From Callorhinchus milii (taxonomy: Eukaryota): a DNA stretch of 64,000 nucleotides. The notes beneath the pieces are model-generated. The model was not told where the DNA came from, did not search any database, and worked only from the letters and a program-made list of their open reading frames with translations. Shown here piece after piece: positions 27,276 through 39,040 of the stretch. Positions within the stretch are counted from its first letter, which is position 1. Each line of letters begins with the position of its first letter. The stretch lies in NCBI RefSeq assembly GCF_018977255.1, contig NW_024704742.1:123568001-123632000 (forward strand). The letters run 5' to 3'. A program made the translations under genes and the position numbers.

Positions 27276-27541
27276 TCTGAGATCAGGAACTCTTCCCGCA
27301 GTGTATCTGAGATCAGGAACTTATACTAATTCACAATCCAAAGCCCAGGTGTGTTAGTTAACAGCTCAGAGTACTCCAATCCACTAACCATAACCACACC
27401 AGTTAATTGGCATTTACTTCTAAAAAGGACATCCTACAATGTCTCCCGAGGTCAGGAACTCTCTTACAATGTATCCTGATATCAGGAACTCTCCCATTGG
27501 GTACCTAAGATCAGGAACTTTCCTGCAGTGGGCTCAGGAAC
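27276..27541. repeat. Interrupted ~30-bp minisatellite with core gatcaggaact
   Basis: Six units at about 27276, 27306, 27446, 27476, 27505 and 27532. Confidence 0.8.
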
Positions 27542-27721
27542 ACAGTTTATCTGTGTCTGGGCAGCTTGTGCTACCCCAATTTTTGTTATTTTAAGTCTGA
27601 ACACGGTATGAGCATGCTGTACTCTACAGTCACATCCAGAAGCAGAAGGAATCTGCACGATATCTGCCTCCCATTGCATTAACATTGCACTGACAGTCTG
27701 GTTTCCCATTGCTTTTGCTAG

Positions 27722-27873
27722 CTGGATTGCCCTTTGCAATTCTCACACCGATGCACTCACCATTCAGACGAGGATTTTACTGTAATGATGAAACCATCCG
27801 ATACCCAAACAAAGAGGACACCATACCTTACCAATTATTAGCTGGAATATTAATTCCACTTTCTCTGCTGGTA
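27722..27873 (+). CDS. PLPP1: PLPP1 alternative exon 2b (canonical LPP1-type), 152 nt, phase 1 to phase 0
   Basis: Branch-like cactgac at 27688-27694, acceptor ttttgctag, donor GTA|gtaagt. Translates (A)[50 protein letters not shown], close to human LPP1 [18 protein letters not shown]...YPYKEDTIPY. Confidence 0.95.
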
Positions 27874-29420
27874 GTAAGTGAACTCATTTTTACTCCACGC
27901 CATTATCGTTCCATTGCTTTCTTCTGGTGTTGTAAGTCGTATTGTTTATTAAGTGGCATGTGCGTCAATCAGGTGAAAGTAAAACTTGTTGTCATATTGT
28001 CAGTGTTGCAGCGTCCTTTGCTGGTTAAGATGCTATTTGCGCTTTTTTAATGGGACGACATTTAAAGGATCAGATTAAATGGAATATCTGTTCTGTTTAT
28101 TATCAATGATGGGGGAATTGTGTTGAAATATCACAGGCCCTGCTCGTGATATCTTTGGGAGAAGGGAGACATGCCTCTTCCTCTATCTCTGAGTAGACAA
28201 TGTTTTTCAAACACTAATTGATGTTCCTTTAACTTGGTCCTTATTGGTGGAAACTAGCAATGTTTGACCTGCAAATCTGTATTACATGCAGTGCTGCTTG
28301 GGTCAAGAAGAATTGGGATTTCACCATTGCTAAACTGCTTTAGTGAAAGCTGCAACATATTTGTGACAATTACATGTCGAGAGCAACCAGTGAAGTCCTT
28401 ACTGGACTCACTCTAATAAAAAAAATCTTGTCTTGAGCACCACTAGCTTTGTATGGCTCAGCAAACTTCAAGAAGATTTCAAAAGGGAAAAAAGGACATA
28501 AATGTTGGAAATCTGAAAAACACTCCCAGGGATTGCTGGAAATGTACAGCAAATTGATCTAAGAGAAAACTATGTGAAACATCACAAGCCAAAGCCTTAA
28601 CCCAATGCTTTCAGATGCTGATCTGCTTGCAGTGCATTTCTAACATTTTCTGGTATGATTACTGAGAAGCTCTTGGATGTGCTGTGCTGTGTTTCGCTGC
28701 TTCCTGAATTATCCTGCCTGGCTGGACAATAGAGTGCTTCATGACTTAAGATCTTTTAAGGTGGAAGCACTCTTGTTTTCAGTCTTTACCTGTGAATGTG
28801 GTGGTCAAGATTTATGACACTAAATGCATCAGTTTTTCAAGTGAGAATCATAATACTAAACTTGAGAGTAAAATCAAAAACAAAACGGATTATTGTAGTG
28901 AAAGAACCATAAGAAGCATTTACACTTGATGTTAGGTCAAAGTACAGTTAATAAACCATAACCAAGCAACAACTTACAAACCATAAACCGAATGATGCAC
29001 TTGTTGTATCAAATGATACAGCCCTTTTAGATATAGAAGCATTTTAGTCCATGCTGATAAGCCACCTGTTAACATGACTTTGGTACGTGTACATGTAGAT
29101 CTATGATAAGTTTTACCTTGACCTTTGGATGACTTTCCATGATCTTTCTAATTACTGAAGGAAATTACTGTACATGTGAGCACCAGTCAAAGTAAAGTTT
29201 TTTTTGTAACTGCCAACAAAAATCTCATAATTCGAACCAAAGCTCAGATGGCAGAACATGAATAATATGTGACTTTTTACCCCCTCCCCCGCTGCTTTTT
29301 GTGCATCGCAAATTAATTTGGCTTGAAAGTCCGCAGGGTGAAATGTGCATGTTTTGCAAGCTGTTTTCTGCTCACCTATTTCTTGTGTGGAACTGATGCT
29401 CGAATTTGTTTCTGTTACAG

Positions 29421-29701
29421 ATAGTACTAGGGGAGCTGGCCTCGGTTCACTGGAATCACTTGCAGTCAAACTCCTGTATAAGAAACCCCTACATAGCCTC
29501 TGTGTATAAGGGGGTTGGGGCATTTGTGTTTGGGGCAGGTGCCAGCCAGTCGCTCACTGACATCGCCAAGTATTCAATTGGCCGCCTCCGGCCTCATTTT
29601 CTGGATGTTTGCAAGCCTGATTGGTCCAAAATCAACTGCTCTATGGGATACATTGAAAAGTTCACATGTTTGGGAAACGCAAGGATGGTGACTGAAGCCA
29701 G
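29421..29701 (+). CDS. PLPP1: PLPP1 exon 3 (281 nt), catalytic motif C1
   Basis: Acceptor tttctgttacag, donor AG|gtgagt. Translates [18 protein letters not shown]...[41 protein letters not shown]...EAR, with the KxxxxxxRP motif and the conserved NCS sequon. Confidence 0.97.
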
Positions 29702-29935
29702 GTGAGTTGGGAAGAACCGCTGAGGGCTACATACTGCAGCACACTGATTGTTTTAAGTGCTCCAAAATGCTACCCTTTGAAGGGAGCTATATAGATACAA
29801 CTTGTTGTTGCTGTGTGTTCATGTTTGTTATTTATTGAATTTCTGTGCAGTTACGAATCCTCCAGTTAAATCTACCATTCACTTCATGTTTATAGGCATA
29901 TTGGCTGGGCATCAACTTCAATTACATAGCCACGG

Positions 29936-30938
29936 GAATGCATTGGATCAGGCATAGTGACATCTGTTTGGATAAGCAACATCCAGACTTCTTTTTAACT
30001 CAAAGCTCACATCTGGACAAAAGCCTGCTGCACTTAAAGGCTGCCTTTTCCCAATAAAGAGAGAACCGAAGCGGTGTGAGGCGCTTTGCATTATAGGGAT
30101 TGTATCAAAAACAAGGTTTATTGATACTGAATAACATCAAATGTGTTGACTAGTGCATTCTTCAGTACATGCAATGTTTCAGAAATTGGATGATTTTGGT
30201 TAAGAAATAATAATAATCCTTGCATTTGATGTAGTGCTTTTCACATCTTCTAGACATCTCAAAGCGCTTAAACGTCAAGAAATATTGCAAATTAGATTGT
30301 ACAGGCAATCATTAAGCACGACAACATTTAAGGCATTCATTGAGTAAGCAAATGAATGTAAAGTGTTGGAAATGTTATTGTGCCACTTGAATCCTATTTT
30401 CTTGAGCTTCTGCGGGCTAAGGTAAAATTCCAAAGCAGTGCTAGGGGTTTGTTGTATTGTCTCAGGTGCTGTCCTTCAGATGAGATGTTAAACCAAAGTC
30501 CCATCTGCAGTTCAGGTGGACATTGAAGATCTCATGCACTAATCAAAAAAAGAGAATTGAGTTTCTCCTAAGGTACTGGCCAACAATTCCCGTAAGTAAA
30601 ATTGGTTACTCACTTCATGACTGTTTGTGGGACATTACTGTGTACCTCTGTTTTTGCCTACAAATACACAGTCATTCCATTTCACAGTAATTCCTGTGAA
30701 GCATTTTGAGGTGTCCTTCTGATATGATAAGATGCTGTACCAAATGGAGGGATTATTATTTAACTTGCAGCAGTGTAGTGCAAACTGAGCTAGATCTTAA
30801 TTCCATTCCACATGAATGCATTGGATTAGCGCTAGTGACATCTGTTTGGATAAGACAGCATCCAGACTTCTTTTCAACTCAAAATTTACATCTGGTCAAA
30901 GGCCTGCTGGATTTAAAAGCTGCCTTTTCCCCATAAAG
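29936..30938 (+). repeat. Local imperfect direct repeat, ~125 bp (29936-30059 and 30814-30938)
   Basis: Shared blocks gaatgcattggat, tagtgacatctgtttggataag, catccagacttctttt, acatctgg, gcctgctg, gctgccttttccc and ataaag. Confidence 0.88.
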
Positions 30939-33900
30939 GGTATCCAGGCACAAACACTGCAGTTAATCCGAATCCATGGGAAATAGCCCATTAGACTTAA
31001 TCCCTAGTTAAACAATAAGAAACACAGCGTGAAAACACTGAAGTATGTTCCCTGGGAAAACATTTTAGATAAGATTTCTGCGCGCTGTGTGGCGTAAATG
31101 CGGTTCATCCCTTCAAGCTCTACTCAACAGCAGCCATTAACTAATCCTGATTGTACCTGATGGATAACGACCTGGGCAGCTCAGTCTCAGTCTTAGGACT
31201 TGGTAGCTTCATAATTGACTACACATCAAAACAAAGCTTAGCTTGGAAGAGCAGACATGCTCCTCCTGTAAAATGAGGTCCCAAACCGGGCAAGTATAAT
31301 ACCATTACATGCAGTTACTACTGGACCTAAAGGACAGGCAGACTTGCGTCTGACAGTGTTGGAAATTTATCATTAACTGCTGGCTGACTGAATTGCTTGT
31401 AACAGGTTTCGGTTGTTGCTCTAAATAATGTGGAACACGTTTGTGCAAAGCAAAGAGCCTACTTAATCACAATATCGTCCTTTGTATTTAAAGCAAGTAC
31501 TGTCCTCCAGAGTAAAATCTGCTTTGAAGTATTTTTCCATGTGAAATGGAATGATTTCTTGTTGCCAGAATCCATAATTTAGGATTTGGTGACGCTGTTG
31601 CCTGACTCATTCAGTGTCTCACATGTCCTCTTGACAAAGGTGAGCAAGGTCTCTCTGGGGCTAAACTGGCTTTGAGGAGACACACCTGGCAAACTACCTA
31701 TTGGCTATTGAAAACAAGTAGCAGATGTTAATCCCTGAGCTCTTATTCATTGCACTGTTAAAGCCAGGGTTCATGCTGCAGCCAACTGTGGAACAGGCAC
31801 TTGCTGTGGCTTTGTAGAGTTCAACCAGAAAGCACTTTTTCTCTCAAAATACGTTTACCAGAGACCTGGCAGCTCATCTTGTGCCCTTTGGGTTAAAATA
31901 ACCTGCGTGCTTATCTTATGAAGTCAGAAACAGAGCTGAACTATGCTCTGGCAGCCTTTCCATCAGTTAGAATGTGAGTTTAGAAATTACATATTCACAT
32001 ATTTTGAACATTGGATTTTAATCCAAATATAGAATGTCCCTGATCTATCTGTAATTACAGCTGAACAATTTACCGGTTATAAAGCACTATTGACATAGTG
32101 TATATGAGGCTAAGATCAAATGCACATCATTATTATTTAGGATTGCCCTATCCATTTGGGCTTTGGCTTTACAGGGTTGAGGTCATGTCTACATCTCCAT
32201 ATCTCATTTATACACCAGACTATCTGGTTAACAATCCACAATGTTGTCACAGACTTGCCTGTCCAGTCATTCCTCTCAAGCCTTTTCAATCCAACTTCCT
32301 TTCCCTCTCACCCTTAGTCCATTTCTAATACTGGTTTTGCTGACCTTGACAATGGTGAAGGGTTGATTGAACCCATTGGGTTTTGACATTCTGGTCTCTA
32401 TTCTGGTATTCAACTACTTGAGCTCCTGGAACATCTGTCTCTCTGTATCCATGAATGCTGCAAAGATGTCCTGCCACATCTGCAGATGGTCAGTATCCTG
32501 TGTAATCACTGGCAGCAGATTTTGGGTAGATTATATCTTAGTCAACTTGTTTTAATTAATTTTATTGTGTTTCTTTTCCTTCCCCTATCCACTCATGGCC
32601 TATCTACACTATCTCCCCCCTGCCCCAAGGATGATCGTTGGCTCTATTTAGGACGATAAGTTGAAAGCTAGTTAATGAGAAGTGTCAGTGCAAAATGTAG
32701 CTTTATGTAAATGTAGCGGACATGTACATACACCAAACTCTTCACTTCTCCCAGCGTCTAAGATTTTTTTCTCCTCACTTCTCAATTCTGTAAAACAATT
32801 CCAACACTAACATAATCATAAATGTGTTTGTGAATTCTTGTCTGGCTTATGCCAACGGCATTCAGGGAAATGTAAGACCTTGTTTGTCATTGGTCTTTGA
32901 CAGAACCAGCTCGTAGCTGGTCTTACCAAATGGACCTATTCACAATTTAAAAATAAATAAATAAGTAATGATGAGGGGATTGGGGTTGCCAAATAATGTC
33001 CTAATATTAAACCAGGCCAGCTGGAAGCTCTGACCTGTCTGTTTGCCAAAGATGAGCCAAAGTTCTCCCAACTCCAACACAAACAACAGTGTTGGTGTTA
33101 CGATATATCAGAAACATTCTCCTATGCAATGGAAGAGGTTACAACAGTAATAATAATCCTTGCGTTTGGTCTAGTACCTTATCATGTCAGCAAAATATCT
33201 CAAGAAAGTGCTTCACAGGGTTTTACTGTAAAAGGTAATGGGTTTGTATTGTAGGTGAACCCGGCAGCCAATTCACACACAGCAACGTCCCATGGATGTG
33301 CATGAAGTGAATGAACAATTTTTATCTGGGTTAATGTTGGTTAAAGAGAAACTCCATTTTCTTTTCAAATAGTTCCATGGGGATCTTTAGTGTCCATAGA
33401 ACAGGCGACAAACCCTTAGTTTGTTGCTGATAACCATCAGAAAGAAGCTTTTTTTCCTGAGAAATGTGACTGAGTTTTGCTTGGAAGATTTGAAGGAGAA
33501 CAAGGCATGCCAGGCAGTGCACATGCCCTTGAGAGAACTGCTTTGTCAGGCACATTAAAATAATAATCCATTTGATATAGGGCCTTTCACGTCAAGATAA
33601 TATCTCAAAGCATTTCACAGGATTTACTGTGGTCATTGTGTATTTTGTAGACAAATGCAGCAGCCAATTTTCACACAACGTCCCACAAACAGCTATAACT
33701 TATTTATACAATTACTATCTGTGTGTCGACATGGCTTTTTAACAAGCCAGAGACGAACACTTAAAGCATGCTCGGAGAGCATCAGTTAAACATCTAGCAG
33801 CTTTGGCTAAACACATGTCTGGATGTCTGCTTTCAGTTTCCAGTTAGGCAGCAAATCAGTGCTTGGCTCCAGCATCTGATCTGAACCTTTCTGCACCAGA

Positions 33901-34799
33901 GTTTTCCAACACTCACACTAACACTGCAAAATCACTTGGCTGCTCTTCTACATGCAGTCATATATGGCCTGAATTTTCTCCCAAGTTTAGGAGAGATTTA
34001 TTACTGTTGCGCTCTGTGGCCACTGCACTCAGTTTCTTTTGAAAACAGTATAAAAGAAAAACAGTTAGGTGCAGTATATCCTAATTTACTCTTTGAGTTT
34101 GGGAATCATAGCTTTGCTGTCTGTAAGATGTATATGTTTAGTACCACTACTCTGCCTTTTCTCCTGTACCCTTATATATATTTTTCCTTAGATAACCATG
34201 GAAATCATACCCTCCTTCTGGGGGACATAAACAAGGGCTCCTTGGTGCTGAGCTGTCTCCAGGTTAATGTGCTTGGCAACAGAATAGCAGAATTGAATCA
34301 GCCCTCTGATATTTTCAGTCTCAGGGAGCCAGTTCCTGAGCCAGGCGGATCCACAGTGCTCCACGACACTGCTGATGACAGACCAGCCAACCTGGCTCAT
34401 CAACAGGAATTGGACCGACAGATCAGTCACTGGGGGCAGGAATTCTTCCCACTCAGTTTCTGGTAACTCTGTAAGCTAAAGCACTGTTGATCAAGGTGGT
34501 CCTAGCTGGAAAGCAGCAGAAAGCTCGCCAACCAATGCTCTCAATGGCAAGCTGTGCAATTTTAGTTGGTGGAACTCCAGCAATACTCTAATTAGATAAG
34601 CAGAGTGCGTCCCTGGAGGGAGAGAATATGGATTCCATTTCAGACGGGGATGTTTCCAAATCCTGGTGGCACACATGGAACTCTCAGTTTGGTTTGGATT
34701 CACTTACGCACGGTGATGGGTTTCTGCATATGTCAGACCCCAAAAATTGGAATCTTGAAGCTGATAGCGTTCGTTCAAGAACAATTCTATAGGCTCCGT

Positions 34800-35140
34800 C
34801 TGGCCTCTGGTGCCTTGACTGAATCACTGTTCCCATTGCGTGAGCCTAGATAGTGAACGTTGGCAGCCTGTTAGACTGTGGACGGGTATCACAGCTAAGC
34901 TCAACTCTCTTCTCATCGGACAGAAGGACCATCCAGCAAGGGTCACTGGATTGTGACCAGCAGTGGGATCTCTGAATGATTTTCCACTACCAAATCTAGG
35001 CGTTGTGAAGCCAGTTCTGCAGCCCAGAATCCTACCCGCCAGCTGAGATTAGTAACACATCACAGACCAGGAACTGAACCCGATACATGCTCGGCCTGTG
35101 GTTCCGTTTCACACTGGGCAGTGGTTTTAACATCTGAGCC
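34800..35140 (-). mobile_element. Old tRNA-like SINE (family C, unclassified)
   Basis: Minus strand: gggttcagttcctggtctgtg...ctaatctcagc...atccagtgaccc...ctaggctcac. Similar diverged pieces at about 520-720(-), 7225-7500(+), 19230-19570(+), 40340-40560(+), 51040-51200(+), 60645-60830(-) and 61960-62160(-). Confidence 0.65.
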
Positions 35141-35272
35141 TTAGATGGTCTCATTTTAACTTGTTATAACATTGGAAAGTTACTGGTTACTTTTGTCTCT
35201 GAATGCATTCATACGGTGAGATTAGTAAGGTTTTGTTAACCTGAGCCATGTCTTTATTCTTCTTTCCTTCAG

Positions 35273-35330
35273 GCTCTCCTTCTTTTCCGGCCATTCATCC
35301 TTCTCCATGTACTGCATGATGTTCCTCGCA
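35273..35330 (+). CDS. PLPP1: PLPP1 exon 4 (58 nt), catalytic motif C2
   Basis: Not in the ORF track. Acceptor tctttattcttctttccttcag, donor GCA|gtgagt. Translates (R)LSFFSGHSSFSMYCMMFLA (SGH motif); phases fit exons 3 and 5. Confidence 0.96.
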
Positions 35331-36493
35331 GTGAGTACTTTTGGATTATTCCTCTGCTGGGCACTCGCACACACACCAACCACACACTGACACCCAGGCT
35401 GACAGCACACAGCTTAAGTATTTGCCTCATCAGCAATGTCCTTGATTCTGTTTAAGTGGTTAAGACAAACAACAAGGATTAGCTTCCAAGCCAAAATCCA
35501 TTCAAATGATAAAGCTGTTCGGACACATTTTACATAAAAGGCTTTGGGAATTTTTTAAATTGAATTCTCCCAGCCTTACACCATAACATACAATATCTCA
35601 TAGTTGTAGGTCAGCAATGCATCAAACTTACCCATCCTGTATAATTCCTTAAATGTATCTGTCTCTAAATGTAATGACCCTGAATCCTTTGACTTGTCTG
35701 ATTCCCTTTTGACACTTTATAGTACTGTTAAGTTACAGTGATCATGTATGGGTAGTTTATTCCATATGCCTGGTGTTTACTGAAATAATTTCAGTTCTGC
35801 AGTTTGCATTTCTTTTTGTACTTATTTTGAAGCTCTGATATGAACCTTGATGTATTGTAAAGGTACAGAGCAGCTTTTCCTGAGATATGTGGGAAGAATT
35901 CGAACACACTCAGGGGACAGGTATAACAAGGGTATCAACCTCACTGAGCTTTTTCCAAACTTGCTTTTGGCTTTGCCGATCAAACCAGTGATTTTTTTTG
36001 CTTTGATTGTTTGCTCATCCCATCTACATTCAGCTGTAGGTAGCTCTTCTATAGCCTTAGCTTGGAAACACTTCCTAACAGCTGAAATACAGAATACAAA
36101 GAGTGGCAGGAAAGGTGGTAGAGGCCAGAACACTAGACTCAGTTAAAAAGCATCTTGATGTAGTGATGAGGATGGTAGTGAAGGTGTTCTGGAGGTATGC
36201 GATCAGATGAGCTGAAGGGCCTTCTTCATCCAGACCAATCTTGTGGTTATTCTGCTCTGTTTGCTTAGATTAGAGACATTAGTTTGCTTAGATTAGAGGC
36301 TGTACATCTGAGGTCCATGTCTTACCACTTATAAATAACTGACATAAAACGTTATGTTTATAGTCCAATTGTATTTGCATAATGGTATTTGATTCATAAC
36401 TTTTGTCCAAATCGTGACTATCCTTCTTGAGAAAGAGTTAAGTGAGGTCTCTAGTTCCTCAACCCTTAGTTTTTTCTGACCTGGATCTAATAC

Positions 36494-36519
36494 ATAATAA
36501 TAATAATAATAATAATAAT
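36494..36519. repeat. (TAA)n microsatellite
   Basis: ataataataataataataataataat, with no SINE body attached. Confidence 0.85.
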
Positions 36520-38854
36520 CATAAAGTGAGTGCACATTCCATTCCAGAGTCAGGGAAATTTCCATGCGTAAGTGGCATACAAATGTGGAACTCTCAGCTT
36601 AGCTTAAATACTCTTAAAACCTAACGATAGGTTTCTGCAGCACGGCTGAGCCCCAAAACTAAATTTATAACTTTTAACATTTCAGAGATGTAGGGCTGTG
36701 GCTCTTGCAGAGTTTGCATTTATTGTTAAATGTAAAGTGATGCTATTGTAGCTTGCAGCAACTGTGGTTTCTAATCACAGGTTTCTTGCATGCGATCAAC
36801 AGTCTAGATTATGGCTAGTTGACCAAAGCATTCTGTTTTTCCGATAGTAGTTTACACCCAAAATACCTTTTACCCTACTAGGTATTGTGGGGGTGAAGAA
36901 CAGAATGGATGTGATGGAGAAGGTCAAAGTCAGTAAGATTGAATGAGGAAACTGCAGTAAACTACATTTAGGGGTGAAAAATATCAGGATACAATTCAGT
37001 GGCATATAAGCAGGTTGATGTATCATCATGTTGAGCCATGATGTTGTGTGAAGTGAGTTTTTACTCAGGATGGGATCTAGGTTAACAAGGGGAGAGGTGC
37101 TGAGTGTAAACCACAGGGAAGGAAACATTGGTAGGTGACTCACAGTCTGCAGTTCTAGACTTTCTTACTGCTATTTGTGCGCACGAGTGCGTGTGTATGT
37201 GTTGTGTGCGTGGGGGGGGGGGGGATAGGGGGCGAGGGTAGGACTAAGAAGGTCAAGGAAGAGGCTGTCTCTTGTCCAAGGGAGTGGTGCAAGGTGACCT
37301 ATTACTCAGGGTTATAAATTGTTTCCTGTTAATGTTATTTGATATTGAAAATTGTGGTAAACACTAAGACTGGCTATAATGTGTAACTGTCCAATTGTAT
37401 TGTAATCAGAATGATTTGCTGAATTGTAAGTTGATTCTTAACATAGTATCTACCTGATGCAGAGAACTCTTGGGTTCAATGTGACTCCTTAATTATGCTG
37501 TGGAAACCATGACTGAAAGCTCCAACCACAATCTGAAAAGATCTGCTAAAATTCACCAGATCCTCAGATCTCTGACTTTCCTAATTGCAGTGTCCAGTGG
37601 GCATTGGTTGGTTCCTCTTTGCCAGTGTAGTTGGCACACCTTTATATATAATTTGGAAACAATTCTAAACATGACCAATCCAGGACTTCACCATAAAGAG
37701 TGACTGTAACAGAGAGCTAAGGCAGTCCAAACCCAGTTTTACTACATGGCTTGTGTGTGGGGGTGTGGGGGTGGGTCTTTGTGTGGGTGGGAGCGTTTCG
37801 ATGCTAGGTTGAGGCAGGTGGGTCAGGTTTGGCTCTGGTGTGTGGCCAGCTGTTTAGCTCACACATGCTCACTGCCTTGGAAAGGTAACACAATTCCTTG
37901 CCTTTGGGGACAAGGAGAACAAATAGAATTACCAATGTGTTTCATTCTGCGGTATAAAGGACATGTAGAGTTACTATTAAGTCGCTGCTTCTGGCCATGA
38001 AGAGGGAATGTGAGAGAAATGTGAGGTGATTAGTTTCCCTTTCCTGAATGGACGAGTCTGGTTCCTACATCGACAGATCAGGGGAAGAATAGTGGGAACA
38101 AACTTATGTGTTACCGGTGTCACAACACCAATTGTGTCTTCCAAAGAATTGTAAAGAAAACTGTTGCGATTACCATGCATTTCAAATGTTGTATTTTGAA
38201 AACTTATCTCAAGAAGGAAGAGACTGCTCAGTCCATTGTGTCACGCACTCTAGTCCAGCATTGTCGAACCAGATTTGTACTGTTTGTACCACATGTGTGG
38301 TTTGTGAACAACAATGTGAGCCATACCAGGCGAAAAATGGAACAAATTACAGTTTCCTCTGAAAGATTTATTTATAAGCATGTCGTATGTACTCAGGAAA
38401 GGCAACATAATTTTCCCGTAGCTGGGAATTGGCTCCATTAGTTGAGGCTTGATATATAGTTTTTTTTGCAGTGAGCTCCTGGTCTGTAAGCAGCAGCGTT
38501 GTTCATTACTCCTTTGGGACTATTCCAGAAGTTAACTTTTTAATCACTAATTTTTCCCCAAACTAGATGAGGAGATACAAGTTGAGTTTGTGATAAGAGT
38601 TTCCGAACCTGTGCTGTAAATTGCAAGATTTGGAGGGTTTGGTTCCAGTGCACTGAACTGTTCAAAAAGAAAAGGGAGTCCTGGCTAACAAATCCCTGGA
38701 CAAAATTCATCATTCACTTCATGGCTGTTTGCTTGACATTGCTGTGTGCAAATTGGCTGTCTCATTCATATGAAGAGTACAGAGCCACTACACTTCACAG
38801 TTAATGCTTTATGACGTCCTCCTGACATCCTAAATCAAATGTAAATGTTGTTGT

Positions 38855-39040
38855 TAATAATAATAATAATCCTTGCTTTTGATATAGCGCGTTATCATGT
38901 CTTCGCGATGTCTGGAAGTGCTTCACAGAATTACTGTAAAGTGAATTGACTGTATGTTTTGTGGGCGAAATGCAGCAGCCAGTTGTGCACAGCAATATCT
39001 CACAGTCGTGGATTGAAGTGACCAATTTATTATTTTTTTG
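38855..39040 (-). mobile_element. SINE family A, 3' half
   Basis: (TAA)n tail plus core in reverse orientation, next to an older sense Deu-SINE fragment at about 38660-38850. Confidence 0.83.

Noticed and set aside
27276..27541. CRISPR-like repeat-spacer array
   Set aside because: Vertebrate intron, degenerate units, spacers related to each other and too short, no cas genes.
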